Source: Thermoplasmatales archaeon SW_10_69_26
GTDB taxonomy: Archaea; Thermoplasmatota; SW-10-69-26
DNA: 64,000 nucleotides
Assembly (NCBI GenBank): GCA_003009755.1
Contig: PXUB01000001.1
Location: forward strand, 32,001 to 96,000
Direction: 5' to 3'
Shown here: positions 9,640-19,715 of the stretch, one piece after another
Numbering within the stretch: the first letter of the stretch is position 1
Layout: the number at the start of each line of letters is the position of its first letter
Notes under the pieces: generated by a model
Seen by the model: the letters and a program-made list of their open reading frames with translations, nothing else
Database searches by the model: none
What the model was told of the DNA's origin: nothing
Made by a program: the position numbers and the translations under genes

Positions 9640-10111
9640 CGCGCTGGCAAGGGGACAGGGAGGGTTTCGGTGTTTCGGGTGGGTACGGGGTGGACCGAAC
9701 AGATGGCGGACCGCTCTCGGACCTGGGAACCGCCGGTCCCCGTGATGGTCTCTCCCGACGCAAGGGGGAGACTGACCGCGAGGGAGACATGCTAGATCTG
9801 CGGTGGGACCGACGAACGGCGAACGATGGAGACCGCCCGCGGGACCGCAACCGTCGGACGTTGACCGTGTGCGAGGCCTGCCTGGGCCAGCGCACCGCCA
9901 AGCGCTGGCACGCCGACGGCAGCAAGAGCTATCGGTGGGCCGAAGCTTCGACCGAGACACCGCACGCGCATCCGCAGGATCGCTACGCCTACCTGGCGGA
10001 CGCCGATGAAGTGAGCCTGGTCCGTCTCCAGCAGGCCTGGATCGACACGCACGCCGCCACGGCCTCGCGCCGGAACGAACGAGTTAACCGACCCCTTCCG
10101 TCTGGGCCGGC

Positions 10112-11155
10112 GTGGACGGCTCTCGCCGCTGGTGGTGGCCGGCCATGGCCCTGCTGGCGCTCGGGCTCGTGGCTGGGACCGTCACCGCTCACGTCGAGTA
10201 CGTGGCCTCCGAGGGCGACCCCGTCGGCCCCCTGGACCTGTGGGGAGCCGTGGCCTCGGACCCGCTGGGCCTCACCCTGATCGCCACCACGGTCGTCGCC
10301 GCCGCGGCGGCCGGGTTCGCGTGGCGCCGGTGGGGCGAGCGGATCCCCGACGTGGACGTGCTGCGCGAGGTGCTCGACGGCTACGAGGACCTCGTCCCCT
10401 GGATGATCCGCCTCAGCGTCGGCGTTCCCCTCGTCGGTGCGGGCTTCTCCGGGTACCTGTTGACGCCGGCGTTGCCCGTCGAGCTGCGCCTGCTGCAGGT
10501 CCTCGTCGGGTTCCTGCTGCTCCTGGGCCTGACCACGCGAGGCGCCGCCCTGCTGGGCCTGGTGGGCTGGTTGTCGGTCTTCGGCGTTTACGGTCCCACG
10601 CTGTTCTTGGCCGGCGAGTACACCGGCGCGTTCATCGCGTTGATCCTCGTCGGGCCCGGCCGGCCGAGCCTCGACCACATGCTCGAGCAGGTGGCCGAGG
10701 ACGAGGGCACCTGGTACCATCGGGTCGATCCCATCCACGAGGCCGGCGAGCGGTTCCGGGCCTTCGTCGCGCCGGCACGCCCGTGGGCGCCGGTGGCGGT
10801 CCGCTTGACGTTGGGTGCCACGCTGGCTTACCTCGGCATCTGGGAGAAGATCCTCGACCCGGGGCCCGCGATCGCGTTGGCCCGCGATCTGGGCCTGCCC
10901 GGCTCGATCTCGGCCGAGGCCTGGGTCGTGGGCGCCGGGCTCGTCGAGCTCGGCGTCGGCCTGCTGCTCGTGGCGGGGCTGTTCACGCGCGCCGCGAGCG
11001 CGGCCGCCTTCCTCGTGCTGACGGTCACCTTGTTCGCGTTGCCCAACGACCCCGTGCTGGCGCACGTTTCCCTGTTCGGGCTCGCCAGCGTCGTCTTCAC
11101 GTGGGGCGTCGGTCCCCTCAGCCTCGACCGGTCCATGCAGACGGGTGATGGCTGA
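10112..11155 (+). CDS. DoxX-family membrane protein (haloarchaeal double-DoxX type)
   Basis: WMIRLSVGVPLVGAGFSGY, GPGRPSLD, EKILDPG, DPVLAHVSLFGLAS; TTAA about 27 nt upstream. Confidence 0.8.
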   Translation: MDGSRRWWWPAMALLALGLVAGTVTAHVEYVASEGDPVGPLDLWGAVASDPLGLTLIATTVVAAAAAGFAWRRWGERIPDVDVLREVLDGYEDLVPWMIRLSVGVPLVGAGFSGYLLTPALPVELRLLQVLVGFLLLLGLTTRGAALLGLVGWLSVFGVYGPTLFLAGEYTGAFIALILVGPGRPSLDHMLEQVAEDEGTWYHRVDPIHEAGERFRAFVAPARPWAPVAVRLTLGATLAYLGIWEKILDPGPAIALARDLGLPGSISAEAWVVGAGLVELGVGLLLVAGLFTRAASAAAFLVLTVTLFALPNDPVLAHVSLFGLASVVFTWGVGPLSLDRSMQTGDG

Positions 11156-12296
11156 CATGGGGCGAGAGCTCGGCGAGACCCGCATCGCTGGCCTCCATCT
11201 GCCGGTGGCGTTGAGCCTGATCGCCGTCGGCGTGGGCCACCTCGTCGTGGACGGCCTGCAGCCCTTCACGGTGCTGCGGGCGGCCTTCCCGTTGGCGCTG
11301 GGCGGTTTCGTCGTGCTCGTGATCGGCACCAGCCGGATGCTTCTGTCGGGTCGAGCCAACGTGGCCGTCGCCGGTCGCTGGGCGTGGTGGGTGCCGGGTC
11401 TGGCGGCGACGTCGGGGAGCCTGGGCCTGTACGCAGCCTTCGGCGGTCGTGCGTGGCTGTTGTCGCCCGCGGCGCTCCTGTGGGGTGCGGGCCTGGGTCT
11501 GCACGTGGGCCTGCTCGGGTTCAGCCTCGCTCGGGCCCGCCAGGGTGCCTCCGTCGTGGATGGCTGGCCGGCGCTTTCGGCGACCGTGGCCGGGCTCGGC
11601 TACGGGTTGGCCGCGGCCGTGGCCATCCCGTCGGTCCCGTTGCTGGGCTTCGGGCTGCTGGCGGCCCTGCATCTGGTCCTCACGGGCTTCGTCGTCCTCG
11701 CGATCGCGGCCGTCGTGCTCGGGGTCCTGCCGGGCATCACCGGCCGAGCGATCGCGACCCCGGTCGCCGGGGTCCTGGCGGTCGGGTTGAGCCTGGGTCC
11801 GATGCTGCTGGCGGAGGGGTTGAACGGCTCGGCCCTCCAGCTGCGGCTCGGCGCGATCGTCGAAGGGATCGGCCTCGTCGGGCTGGGTGGCGTGCTCGTG
11901 TGGTCGACGATCACCAGCGAGCGCGAACGGGCCTCGTTCTGGCTGTACGGGGCAGCCGGCATCTCGGTCCTGCTGGGCGCGATGCTGGGCGCCGCCATCG
12001 TGATGGGCTGGACGACGCGGGGGCAAGCGCCCTGGCACGGAGCCGTGACCCTGCTCGGGTTCGTCGGGCTCGTCGTCCTTGGCGCGGTCATGGACCTGTT
12101 CGCGCCGGCGCTGGAACCCCGTGCCGACCCGCTCGAGCGGCACAATATCACGGTGGTGGGGTTGGCGCTCACCGGGATGGCGGGCCTGGTGGCGGTGCCC
12201 CTCGTGCCCGGCTGGACCCTGCGGGTGGCCTTGGTCGCCTACCTGGCCGCGGTCGGGCTGCACCTCGTCGGGTCGATCGCTCGGTTGGAGCGGTGA
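11148..12296 (+). CDS. Polytopic membrane protein of unknown function
   Basis: About 12 hydrophobic segments with His in several helices; overlaps DoxX stop. Confidence 0.7.
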   Translation: MADMGRELGETRIAGLHLPVALSLIAVGVGHLVVDGLQPFTVLRAAFPLALGGFVVLVIGTSRMLLSGRANVAVAGRWAWWVPGLAATSGSLGLYAAFGGRAWLLSPAALLWGAGLGLHVGLLGFSLARARQGASVVDGWPALSATVAGLGYGLAAAVAIPSVPLLGFGLLAALHLVLTGFVVLAIAAVVLGVLPGITGRAIATPVAGVLAVGLSLGPMLLAEGLNGSALQLRLGAIVEGIGLVGLGGVLVWSTITSERERASFWLYGAAGISVLLGAMLGAAIVMGWTTRGQAPWHGAVTLLGFVGLVVLGAVMDLFAPALEPRADPLERHNITVVGLALTGMAGLVAVPLVPGWTLRVALVAYLAAVGLHLVGSIARLER

Positions 12297-12344
12297 GAGG
12301 AGAAGAGGAAAGGCCCCCTCCCAGACAGGGGCTAGGCCGGAAGG

Positions 12345-12870
12345 TCAGCTCTCGTCGACGGGGTGGCAGACGTCGTGGTTGGCCTCACCGTCGACGGCGA
12401 TGTGGCCGACCAGGCCCTTGTTCATCCGGAAGGTCGAGTGGTCGACCGGGATGTAGGTGCCCGACACCTCGAACGTCATCTCCACGCCGACGGCACCGCC
12501 GGCGGGCACCAGCGTGCTTTGCACGTTCTCGTTGACGAGGGCGAAGCTGCCCTCGACGTACACGCGGTCGGAGATCTCGCCGATCATGTGGAAGCTGGAC
12601 ACCAGGTGGGCCCGTGTTGCCCATGTACAGGCGCGCGGTGTCGTTCACCGTCAGGTTCGTGTCGTAGGCCCCAGCGCGCGGTTGCCGGTGATGCTGTCGG
12701 GGCGGCCGTTCCAGTTTACGAACGTCGGCTCCTCGAGGTTGCCCTGGGCGGCATCGAAGTCGAGGTGGCCGCTGCCTTCGAGCGCGGCGAGGCTCTCGTC
12801 GCCCTTGGCTTCGGAGTAGTATGCGCTTTACATCTTGTATTACTCCTCGTCGACCGCGGGCAGGCCCTCG
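12345..12870 (-). pseudogene. nirK: Copper nitrite reductase, C-terminal fragment
   Basis: EGLPAVDEE*YKM*SAYY, ARLYMGNTGP, SSFHMIGEI.DRVY.EG, VQSTLVPAGG, VDHS..RMNKG; stops and frameshifts. Confidence 0.85.
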
Positions 12871-13096
12871 GTGGTTCTGGGTAGGTTGGAGTGGGCGGCG
12901 GGCTTGTCAGTCGGCTGTGAGATTCGGGCCGCGGACCCGATGCGGAGAACGCTTGATGGATTGGCCAAGGATCTCTGTGCTCGTGGGTTCGAAGTGCCGG
13001 GAGATCCTGAGTTCCAATCGAAACGAACAGCGCGGGCCTGGTGCAGATGGATCGCGTCCGATAAGCCTAATTGGTGTCACACGGTCGAGCACGTGC

Positions 13097-13786
13097 GTGC
13101 CAAACTCGGACGAGTGGATCCGTAAGGACGAGCCGCCAGAGGAGGTGTACCTCTGCCTCCTCGATGTTCTCGGATTCCGGAGCTTCGTACACGGGAAGCA
13201 TCTCAGGACCGTAGCCAAGGCGCTTGGTGATGCTAAGGCCAAAAGCTCGCAGGAGATCCCCGACGATGTGGACGACGAGCATGCGCCAGAATCGCTGATG
13301 TTCAGTGACTCGGTGCTATTTTGGGCTGACGGGGAGGACGCGTCCCACTTGGACGGACTGGCGCGAACGGCACAGTCCTTCTACGCGGCGCTGTTCCAGG
13401 ACGGTCTCTTGCTCCGCGGAGCGATCGTGAGAGGAGAGCTTTCGATCGCCAGTGAGGGCGAGGTAATCGTCGGGGAGGGATTGATTCGAGCCTACGAGCT
13501 CGAGCAGGGCCAGAAGTGGGGCGGGATCGTTCTTGACCCCCGTCTCAGCCGGGACGGGGTCGACGGACTCGACGATCTCCACGACCAGGGTGTCCTCGTT
13601 GAGCACGACGTGCCCTGGGCGTCGAACCCGAGCCCTCGGCCTCATACGGTGGTCTGCTGGCCCGAGAACTGCCAAGTCACTCGTGCGGAGCTTCGGGAGG
13701 CCTTTTACGACTCCTTCCCCAAGATGGCAGAGGACGGGCGGGCGAAGCTCGCCGCTACGCTCCAATTCTTCGATGAGTACGCCTAG
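13097..13786 (+). CDS. Class III nucleotidyl cyclase-like protein
   Basis: LLDVLGF, MFSDSV, LRGAIVRGE, GEGLIRAYELE; lower GC than flanks; GTG start inferred. Confidence 0.7.
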   Translation: MPNSDEWIRKDEPPEEVYLCLLDVLGFRSFVHGKHLRTVAKALGDAKAKSSQEIPDDVDDEHAPESLMFSDSVLFWADGEDASHLDGLARTAQSFYAALFQDGLLLRGAIVRGELSIASEGEVIVGEGLIRAYELEQGQKWGGIVLDPRLSRDGVDGLDDLHDQGVLVEHDVPWASNPSPRPHTVVCWPENCQVTRAELREAFYDSFPKMAEDGRAKLAATLQFFDEYA

Positions 13787-14133
13787 CTCCCTGACTCCGA
13801 GGGAAGAGGGAAACGATCCACAACAGACCCTGTAGGCGTCAGAAGCACGAGTTCAAGACGGTCTTCCTTCTGGACGGCTGCATGGACAACTCGGGGAATA
13901 TCCATCGAGATCTGTACTGGAGAGGGGTCCTGGTGCTCATCCGACCAGCGGAACTTCATCGTGTGCTGGGATTTGGACGCGGTGAGCACGATCTCCCCGC
14001 CTTCCCGCTGAACAGCTAGGTTGAAGCCCTTCTCTCCGGTAGCTTCATACTCTTTGGCGCCCTCTAGCCAGGAGTCAAGGCGCTCGAAGGCACGCCGTAG
14101 CGGGACATGCCCGAAGGTTGCAGAGGAGGGCAC
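13783..14133 (-). CDS. Hypothetical protein
   Basis: 116-aa ORF in the lower-GC insert with protein-like composition; stop overlaps the cyclase-like stop; start uncertain. Confidence 0.45.
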   Translation of the reverse strand: MPSSATFGHVPLRRAFERLDSWLEGAKEYEATGEKGFNLAVQREGGEIVLTASKSQHTMKFRWSDEHQDPSPVQISMDIPRVVHAAVQKEDRLELVLLTPTGSVVDRFPLPSESGS

Positions 14134-14189
14134 GATACGATAGTGTGTGCCAACCTATGTTAGGCTTTTGTGGTACGTCCGCAAGGAGG

Positions 14190-14550
14190 CAGCCTCCGGC
14201 GCGGTCGACACTGCCGGCGTCGTTCCCGTCCTCTCAACGGGCCCACTCGGTGTCGGCCGGCATGTCGGAGGGATGGCGGCTGATCTCGTCGATCGTGACC
14301 TCCTCGGGCTCGCCGAACGCGTGCTCGGAGCCGGCCTCGCCTTCGGCGTCGGCCGCCTGTCCCTCCTCGTGCACGATCACGGTGCCGACCATGCCCTGCA
14401 TCTGGCCCTCGTCGCCCTCGGTGGCGTGCGGGATGCAGTGGTAGCTGTACGTGCCGGTGGCCTGGAAGGCGTGCTCTCAGGACGTCTCGGCTGCCAGCCA
14501 GTCGTCGGGGTCCTCGCCGCTGCCTTCGACGCCCCACCGCACTTGGCGTC
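14190..14550 (-). pseudogene. Cupredoxin (halocyanin-like) domain plus NirK N-terminal fragment
   Basis: S*EHAFQATGTYSYHCIPH...GMVGTVIV type-1 Cu motif, then TIDEISRHPSDMP resembling the NirK start; internal stops. Confidence 0.75.
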
Positions 14551-14566
14551 CGAGGGAGAGCGGTGT

Positions 14567-15445
14567 TCAGCCCTCGTCGGACCCCGCGGGAGCCAGCGTC
14601 TGCTCACGCGCGGACCGATCGAGGGCGGCCTCGGCGATCGATCGGGCGTACAACCCGACGCGTTCGGTGTCCTCCAGCAGCGAGAAGTAGCCGCGGTACA
14701 GCCGGTCGTCGGGCAGTTGGTCGGGTCGGCGGGGGCCGCCGGCGAGCGAGATCGCGTCGCCTTCGACGTCCTGGGTCCAGTCCTCGATGTCGTCGATGAC
14801 GCCGTGGGCGAGCGTGGCGTCCGGTTCGGCGAGAGCGCGGTGGGCTCGGTCGACCAGGTCCATGGCTTCGCCGATCGCCGTCTCGATCCGGTCGGCGATG
14901 GCGCCGATGCGCTCTTGGGGCGTGAGCTCGGCCGCTCGGAGCGTGATCTCCTCGGCGTAGTCGGCGATGCGTTCCAGGCGGTCGGCGCCGCGCAGCAGGG
15001 CGTCGCCGGGACGTAGGCGGGCGTCGTCCTGGTTGGCGGTGCGCTGCAGCGCGAACAGCTGGCGGTCGCAGCGGCGCTCCTCCTCGGAGAGGCGGTCCAC
15101 GATCTCGGTGTCGGGGCGCTCCTCGATGCCGGTCTTGGCGATGGCGAGGGTGCGACGGGTCGCTTTGTGCAGCCGGCGCAGCCGCTCGTCCGGGTCCGGG
15201 CCCTGCGAGCGGGGGAACCCGACCCGGACCTCGTCGTCCGCGTCGAGGACGCGGGCGCCGGGCAGGCGGCTGAGTATCGCTTGCAGGTGCTCGCCGCCCT
15301 CGGACGGCCGGGGGAAGCGGACCCCGCGGGCGCCGGCGATGTAGTAGGCGATCAGGATGCGTTGCAGACGCGCGGGGTTGCGCGCCTCCTCGCCGAGGTC
15401 GGGAAGCTCGTCCTCTCGGGTCTCCGCGGGACCGGCATCGGTCAT
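14567..15445 (-). CDS. PhoU-family phosphate uptake regulator-like protein
   Basis: RILIAYYIAG, EERRCDR, LERIADYAEEI, ERVGLYARSIAE repeats. Confidence 0.7.
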   Translation of the reverse strand: MTDAGPAETREDELPDLGEEARNPARLQRILIAYYIAGARGVRFPRPSEGGEHLQAILSRLPGARVLDADDEVRVGFPRSQGPDPDERLRRLHKATRRTLAIAKTGIEERPDTEIVDRLSEEERRCDRQLFALQRTANQDDARLRPGDALLRGADRLERIADYAEEITLRAAELTPQERIGAIADRIETAIGEAMDLVDRAHRALAEPDATLAHGVIDDIEDWTQDVEGDAISLAGGPRRPDQLPDDRLYRGYFSLLEDTERVGLYARSIAEAALDRSAREQTLAPAGSDEG

Positions 15446-15680
15446 CGCAGACAAGGAGACCTCGAGGGGCATGAACGCTGCGGACCGCGAGGGCGGATCG
15501 GTGCGGTGAACCGAAAGCCCCTCGCCGATGGGCTCCGCCGAGGTTCGCACCAGCGCCGCTACGGGCGAGACCGAGGTAGGCCGAGCCGCCGTGGCGGGAG
15601 GCCCGCGCCTGCGGCAAGCACCGCCGCGCCGGCCCGCAGGCACCTCAGCCCCCGCCTTCCTCGACGGTCACGGTCGGCTC

Positions 15681-16910
15681 TCACCCCGTCAGGCCGCGGA
15701 CGAGGGCAGGCCCCAGCAGGGTGGCCATCAACAGCGAGCGGCGGGCGCCAGCGGCGTGCGCGGCGCGGGCGAGGGTCCACCCGGCCAGGCACACGAGGCC
15801 GCCGGCCCACCCGGTGAACAGGCCGATGCCGACGAGCCAGGGCACGACGAGGCCGCGAGCCAGGCCCGGCACGTGCGCGGCCAGCGCCTCGGCGTGGCGG
15901 CAGGCGAGCCCCAGCCCGGCGAGACCGACGAGGCCGCCGGTGGCCATCGCGGCGAGGTCGCCCACGAGGGCGTCCCACCCGGGGATCGGCCACGCCAGGG
16001 CCAGGCGGGCGGCGTGGACGCCCGTCCGGGTGCGCTGGAGGGCGTGGAGGACGCCGGTGGCGACGCAGACGCTGGCGGTGTTGACGGCGCCGACGGTCGC
16101 CATGAGCGAGGTCTCGCGCTGGTGGCCGATCTGGGCGGCGACGGCGGTGGCGGGGCCGGCGGTGAACCCGGAGAACACGCCGGAGACGAGACCCAGCAGC
16201 GAGCCCACGATCGGCCCGCGGCGGGCGGGGGTGGGCACGTGGCCGTCCTCGCCGGGCAACGGCTCGTGATCCGGCGGCGGGCTGCGGGCCGCGTGCACCA
16301 GCGCTGGCAGGCCGAAGAGCCCGATGAACAAGGGCAAAAGCGGGGTCGCGGGCCAGCCCAGCGGCGAGGTGACCGGGACCGCGAGGCCGACGTGGCCGAG
16401 CAGGCCGGCGGCGAGCGCGACGAGGGCGGCCGTCGGCGGGCCGGCGGGGTCGCTTGCGACGAGGACGAGCAACGCGATGCCGGCCACCCAGGGCGTCGCG
16501 GCTTGGACCGCCGAGCGGGCGCCGGGCGTGGTGAGGAGGTGGGCGATCGCGAGGGCGGCCGGCACGCCGAGCGCGAGCCCGGCGAGGCTGCCGGTGGCGC
16601 TGGCGGTGAGGGCCTCCTCGGCGTGGCCGCCGCGAGCCAGCCGCTGGCCGGGATGCAGGGCCGGGGCGAGCTCGCCCTCGGGGACTCCGAGCACGACGAG
16701 CGGGAGCGCGCTGGTGAACGTCCAGGCGCCCAGCGCGGCCATGAGGAACGCGATCGTGGGCAGCGCGGGCAGGCCCCAGCGGGCCTCGACGGCGAGGGCG
16801 CCGGCGGCCAGCGTGTTCGGGTGCAGCCCGGGCACGAGCCCGGCCAGGCCGCCGGTGAGGCCGCCGACGGTCGCGAGGGTCACGGCGAGGGGGGTGTCCA
16901 GCCTCGCCAC
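15681..16910 (-). CDS. Archaeal TctA-like (tripartite tricarboxylate transporter family) permease
   Basis: GLVPGLHPNT, LGVPE...LHPGQRL, LPLFIGLFGLP, RTRTG. Confidence 0.8.
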   Translation of the reverse strand: MARLDTPLAVTLATVGGLTGGLAGLVPGLHPNTLAAGALAVEARWGLPALPTIAFLMAALGAWTFTSALPLVVLGVPEGELAPALHPGQRLARGGHAEEALTASATGSLAGLALGVPAALAIAHLLTTPGARSAVQAATPWVAGIALLVLVASDPAGPPTAALVALAAGLLGHVGLAVPVTSPLGWPATPLLPLFIGLFGLPALVHAARSPPPDHEPLPGEDGHVPTPARRGPIVGSLLGLVSGVFSGFTAGPATAVAAQIGHQRETSLMATVGAVNTASVCVATGVLHALQRTRTGVHAARLALAWPIPGWDALVGDLAAMATGGLVGLAGLGLACRHAEALAAHVPGLARGLVVPWLVGIGLFTGWAGGLVCLAGWTLARAAHAAGARRSLLMATLLGPALVRGLTG

Positions 16911-17461
16911 CCCTGAGCCTCGAGCTCGTACCCGGCCCGGTCGGGCTCGTACACCAGCCGCCCCCAGACGACGACGGGCTCGGGCGGGGGCGCGATCCCG
17001 CTGGCGTCGACGGGGAGCCGGCCCTCCTCGTCCAGCAGCGCGGCACCGTCGTCGGCCCAGGTGCCGGTGACGGCGATCGGTTGCCCCCGCAGGCGGGGCG
17101 CGTTCTCGAGGACCTGGCCCAGCGGCCGGTGCTCGGGAGAGGCCTCGGTCTCGATGGCGCCCTCGGCCCACACGATGGGTCCGTGCTCGCCGGGGCTGGG
17201 TTGCCCGCGGACCGTGACCTGCTCGCCGAGGCTGGGGGCCGAGCCGCGGGTGAGCACGGTGGCCTGCCGGTTGCCCTCGGTCAGCTCGAACCGGAGGACG
17301 TCGCCGTGGGCGTCGATCGCCGTGACGCGGCCGTCGAGCTGCACGGTCTCGCCGTAGTGCTGGCTGAGCTCGTCGAGGGTGATGCTGGTCGGATCGACGA
17401 GCGGCGTGAGGGCGTGCAGCAGGGCGACGATCGCGAAGGCTTGCACGATGCGGGCCCGCAC
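16880..17461 (-). CDS. Membrane-anchored OB-fold protein
   Basis: N-terminal TM, then two OB-like units (GETVQLDGRV; GQPIAVTG); start uncertain. Confidence 0.6.
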   Translation of the reverse strand: MRARIVQAFAIVALLHALTPLVDPTSITLDELSQHYGETVQLDGRVTAIDAHGDVLRFELTEGNRQATVLTRGSAPSLGEQVTVRGQPSPGEHGPIVWAEGAIETEASPEHRPLGQVLENAPRLRGQPIAVTGTWADDGAALLDEEGRLPVDASGIAPPPEPVVVWGRLVYEPDRAGYELEAQGWRGWTPPSP

Positions 17462-17699
17462 AGGCAGGGACGCGAGCCGCGAGAGGGTGAACGTTGTCCT
17501 GGGGCAGTGTGGAGGTGGAGGGCGCGGAGGGGATGAAGGCGCCGACAACGACCAACCACCTCGCGAACGCGGGGGCCGGTTTGGGAGGCCTTCGCCACCA
17601 CCGTCCAAAGGGGAGGGCCGCGGGGACGCGGATCCCCCTGCTACAGCGGCTAGCGGCCGTCGTGGCAAGGGTTTTCCATGTTCAGATAACTCGAACCGC

Positions 17700-18200
17700 A
17701 TGGCCGGTCGGAGCGTCCTGGTGGTGTTCCTGACGACCCTCGTCCTCGGGTCGGCCGCGCCGGCGATTCAATCCTCCGGCGCCCCCGATCAGTACACCGT
17801 GGACCTGGAGCCCGCGGAAGCCCAAGCGGAACCCGGGGAGGAGGTCGCGTTCCGTACGGAGGTCGGGGGCCGCGATCCCGATCACTACCCCGGGGACGGG
17901 CACCTCAAGGTCTGGGTGGAGGCCCCGGACAACGTGACCGTGTCGAACGTCACGCCGAAGCGGATCTTCCTCGAGGAGAACGAGACCGAGGTGTGGACGT
18001 TCTCCGCCAACGCGGAGAGCCCGGGGACGTACGTCATCGAGGCTTGGATCGAGGACGACGGGGACAACTACCGGTTCCGTGAGGCAGACGACGCCGTCCT
18101 CCAGGCGGGAGGCTCCCGGACGATCCCAGTTCCGGGGTTGGTGCCGGTCGTGGCGGGGTCTCTGGCCGCGGCCGCCTGGCTCCAGAGGAAGCCACAGTGA
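17700..18200 (+). CDS. Secreted Ig-like protein with C-terminal anchor
   Basis: Signal peptide; IPVPG-hydrophobic-RK C-terminus. Confidence 0.7.
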   Translation: MAGRSVLVVFLTTLVLGSAAPAIQSSGAPDQYTVDLEPAEAQAEPGEEVAFRTEVGGRDPDHYPGDGHLKVWVEAPDNVTVSNVTPKRIFLEENETEVWTFSANAESPGTYVIEAWIEDDGDNYRFREADDAVLQAGGSRTIPVPGLVPVVAGSLAAAAWLQRKPQ

Positions 18201-18408
18201 AGCTCTCGCTCGTCACGACCATGGGGGGATCGGCGTCAGGGTTCGCTTGGAGGGCACTGGCGAGTCCGTGTTCGCCCGGCGGCCTCGTCGAGCCTCCCTT
18301 GGACGAGGATGGCGAGACCGAGACGATGGCGGAGGCCCCGAGGGGGATGCCGCCGGAGCTTCCCACGTGGAACGCGGGCGGACGCTCGGAGGTGGATTCC
18401 AGGGTCCT

Positions 18409-19494
18409 TTACAACGACAACGTCCGCAGCCCGCGATCCGCGTGCGTCAACCGCCGACACCCGTTGCTGGTGACGACGACGTCCTCCTCGATGCGGACGC
18501 CGGCCTCTCCGGGCACGTAGACGCCGGGTTCGACGGTGAACACCATGCCCTCCTCGATCGTGACCTCGCTGGAGGGCGACAGGCCGGGCCCGTCGTGGAC
18601 CTCGACGCCGAGCGCGTGGCCCAGCGAGTGGATGAACCGGCCCTCGAAGCGGGTGTCGTCGATGACCTGGCGGGCGACGTCGTGCACGTCGGCGGCCTCC
18701 ATGCCGGGCTGGATGGCGTCGAGCGCGGCTCGCTGGGCCTCGAGCACGACCTCGTGCATGCGGCGCAGCTGCTTGGAGGGCTCGCTGATCGCGTACGTGC
18801 GCGTGATGTCCGAGCAGTACCCGGCCAGCTGGGCGCCCATGTCGATCAACAGGGGCCCGTCGGTCAGCTCGGCGCGGCCGGGCGCGTAGTGGGGTTCGGC
18901 CGAGCCGGCGCCGTTGGCGACGATCGGGTCGAAGGAGAGCTTGGCGCCCTCGGTGAGGATCTCGTGCACGATGCCGGCCGCCAGCTCGGCCTCCTCGTCG
19001 GCCCGGTCGACGTAGGTCTGCATCTCCTCGGCGATGCGGTCGGTGATGCGGGCGGCCTCCTCGATGCGGTCGACCTCGGCGGGGTCCTTGACGAGGCGGG
19101 CCCGTTGGATCGCCTCGTCGGCGGGCTCGAGGTCGACGGGCAGCTCGTCGTCGAGCTTGCGGTGGCGGTCGACGCTGACCTGGGTGGCGTCGAAGCCGAC
19201 CCTCTCGCCGTCGGTGAACCGGTCGGCGAGCTCGTCCCAGAAGTCTTCGCGGTCGTCGTAGATGACGACGCGGTTGTCGGATCTGCGGGCGGTCGTCTCC
19301 TCGAGCGGCGAGGTGACGACGGTCACGGGCTCGTCGGGCCGCAGGATGGCGGCCGAGCCCTCGAACGTGCCGCCGTCGTGGAGGCCGGTGGCCCAGAAGA
19401 ACGTCGCGTCGGGCGGACCGTTGACGGTGACGACGGCGTCGAGGTCCTCGGCGTGCTCGAAGAGGCGGCGGACGCGGGCGGGCGGCTGGGTCAC
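18409..19494 (-). CDS. pepQ: Xaa-Pro peptidase (M24B)
   Basis: IDMGA..GYCSDITRT, HSLGHALGVEVHD, TVEPGVY, GVRIEEDVVVT. Confidence 0.92.
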   Translation of the reverse strand: MTQPPARVRRLFEHAEDLDAVVTVNGPPDATFFWATGLHDGGTFEGSAAILRPDEPVTVVTSPLEETTARRSDNRVVIYDDREDFWDELADRFTDGERVGFDATQVSVDRHRKLDDELPVDLEPADEAIQRARLVKDPAEVDRIEEAARITDRIAEEMQTYVDRADEEAELAAGIVHEILTEGAKLSFDPIVANGAGSAEPHYAPGRAELTDGPLLIDMGAQLAGYCSDITRTYAISEPSKQLRRMHEVVLEAQRAALDAIQPGMEAADVHDVARQVIDDTRFEGRFIHSLGHALGVEVHDGPGLSPSSEVTIEEGMVFTVEPGVYVPGEAGVRIEEDVVVTSNGCRRLTHADRGLRTLSL

Positions 19495-19715
19495 ACCGGC
19501 TGAAGGGCGGGCCTGGTTCTTCAACGGCGCGGTCGGCCGGCCCTCGCCAGCGCGGCGATCGCTGCCGCGAGGAGCGCGAACGCGGCGGCCGGCGCCGGTC
19601 CCGCCGGCGACCGACTCGATGCCAGGCCGACCAGCAGCGCTCGTCGCTTGCCGGCGACCATGCTCGACCCATCGCCGTCCCGTTTGCAGGGGGTGGGGGC
19701 CGTGGCGTTGACGGC

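Noticed and set aside
9690-10280. 196-aa ORF upstream of DoxX
   Set aside because: Arg-rich, not acidic, runs through the DoxX promoter and start; no recognisable motif
14147-14166. Integron-like GTTAGGC core site at the cassette edge
   Set aside because: No matching RYYYAAC at attC distance, no attC fold and no integrase in the window
18197-18408. Small ORF between the secreted protein and pepQ
   Set aside because: Overlaps pepQ antisense and has no recognisable features
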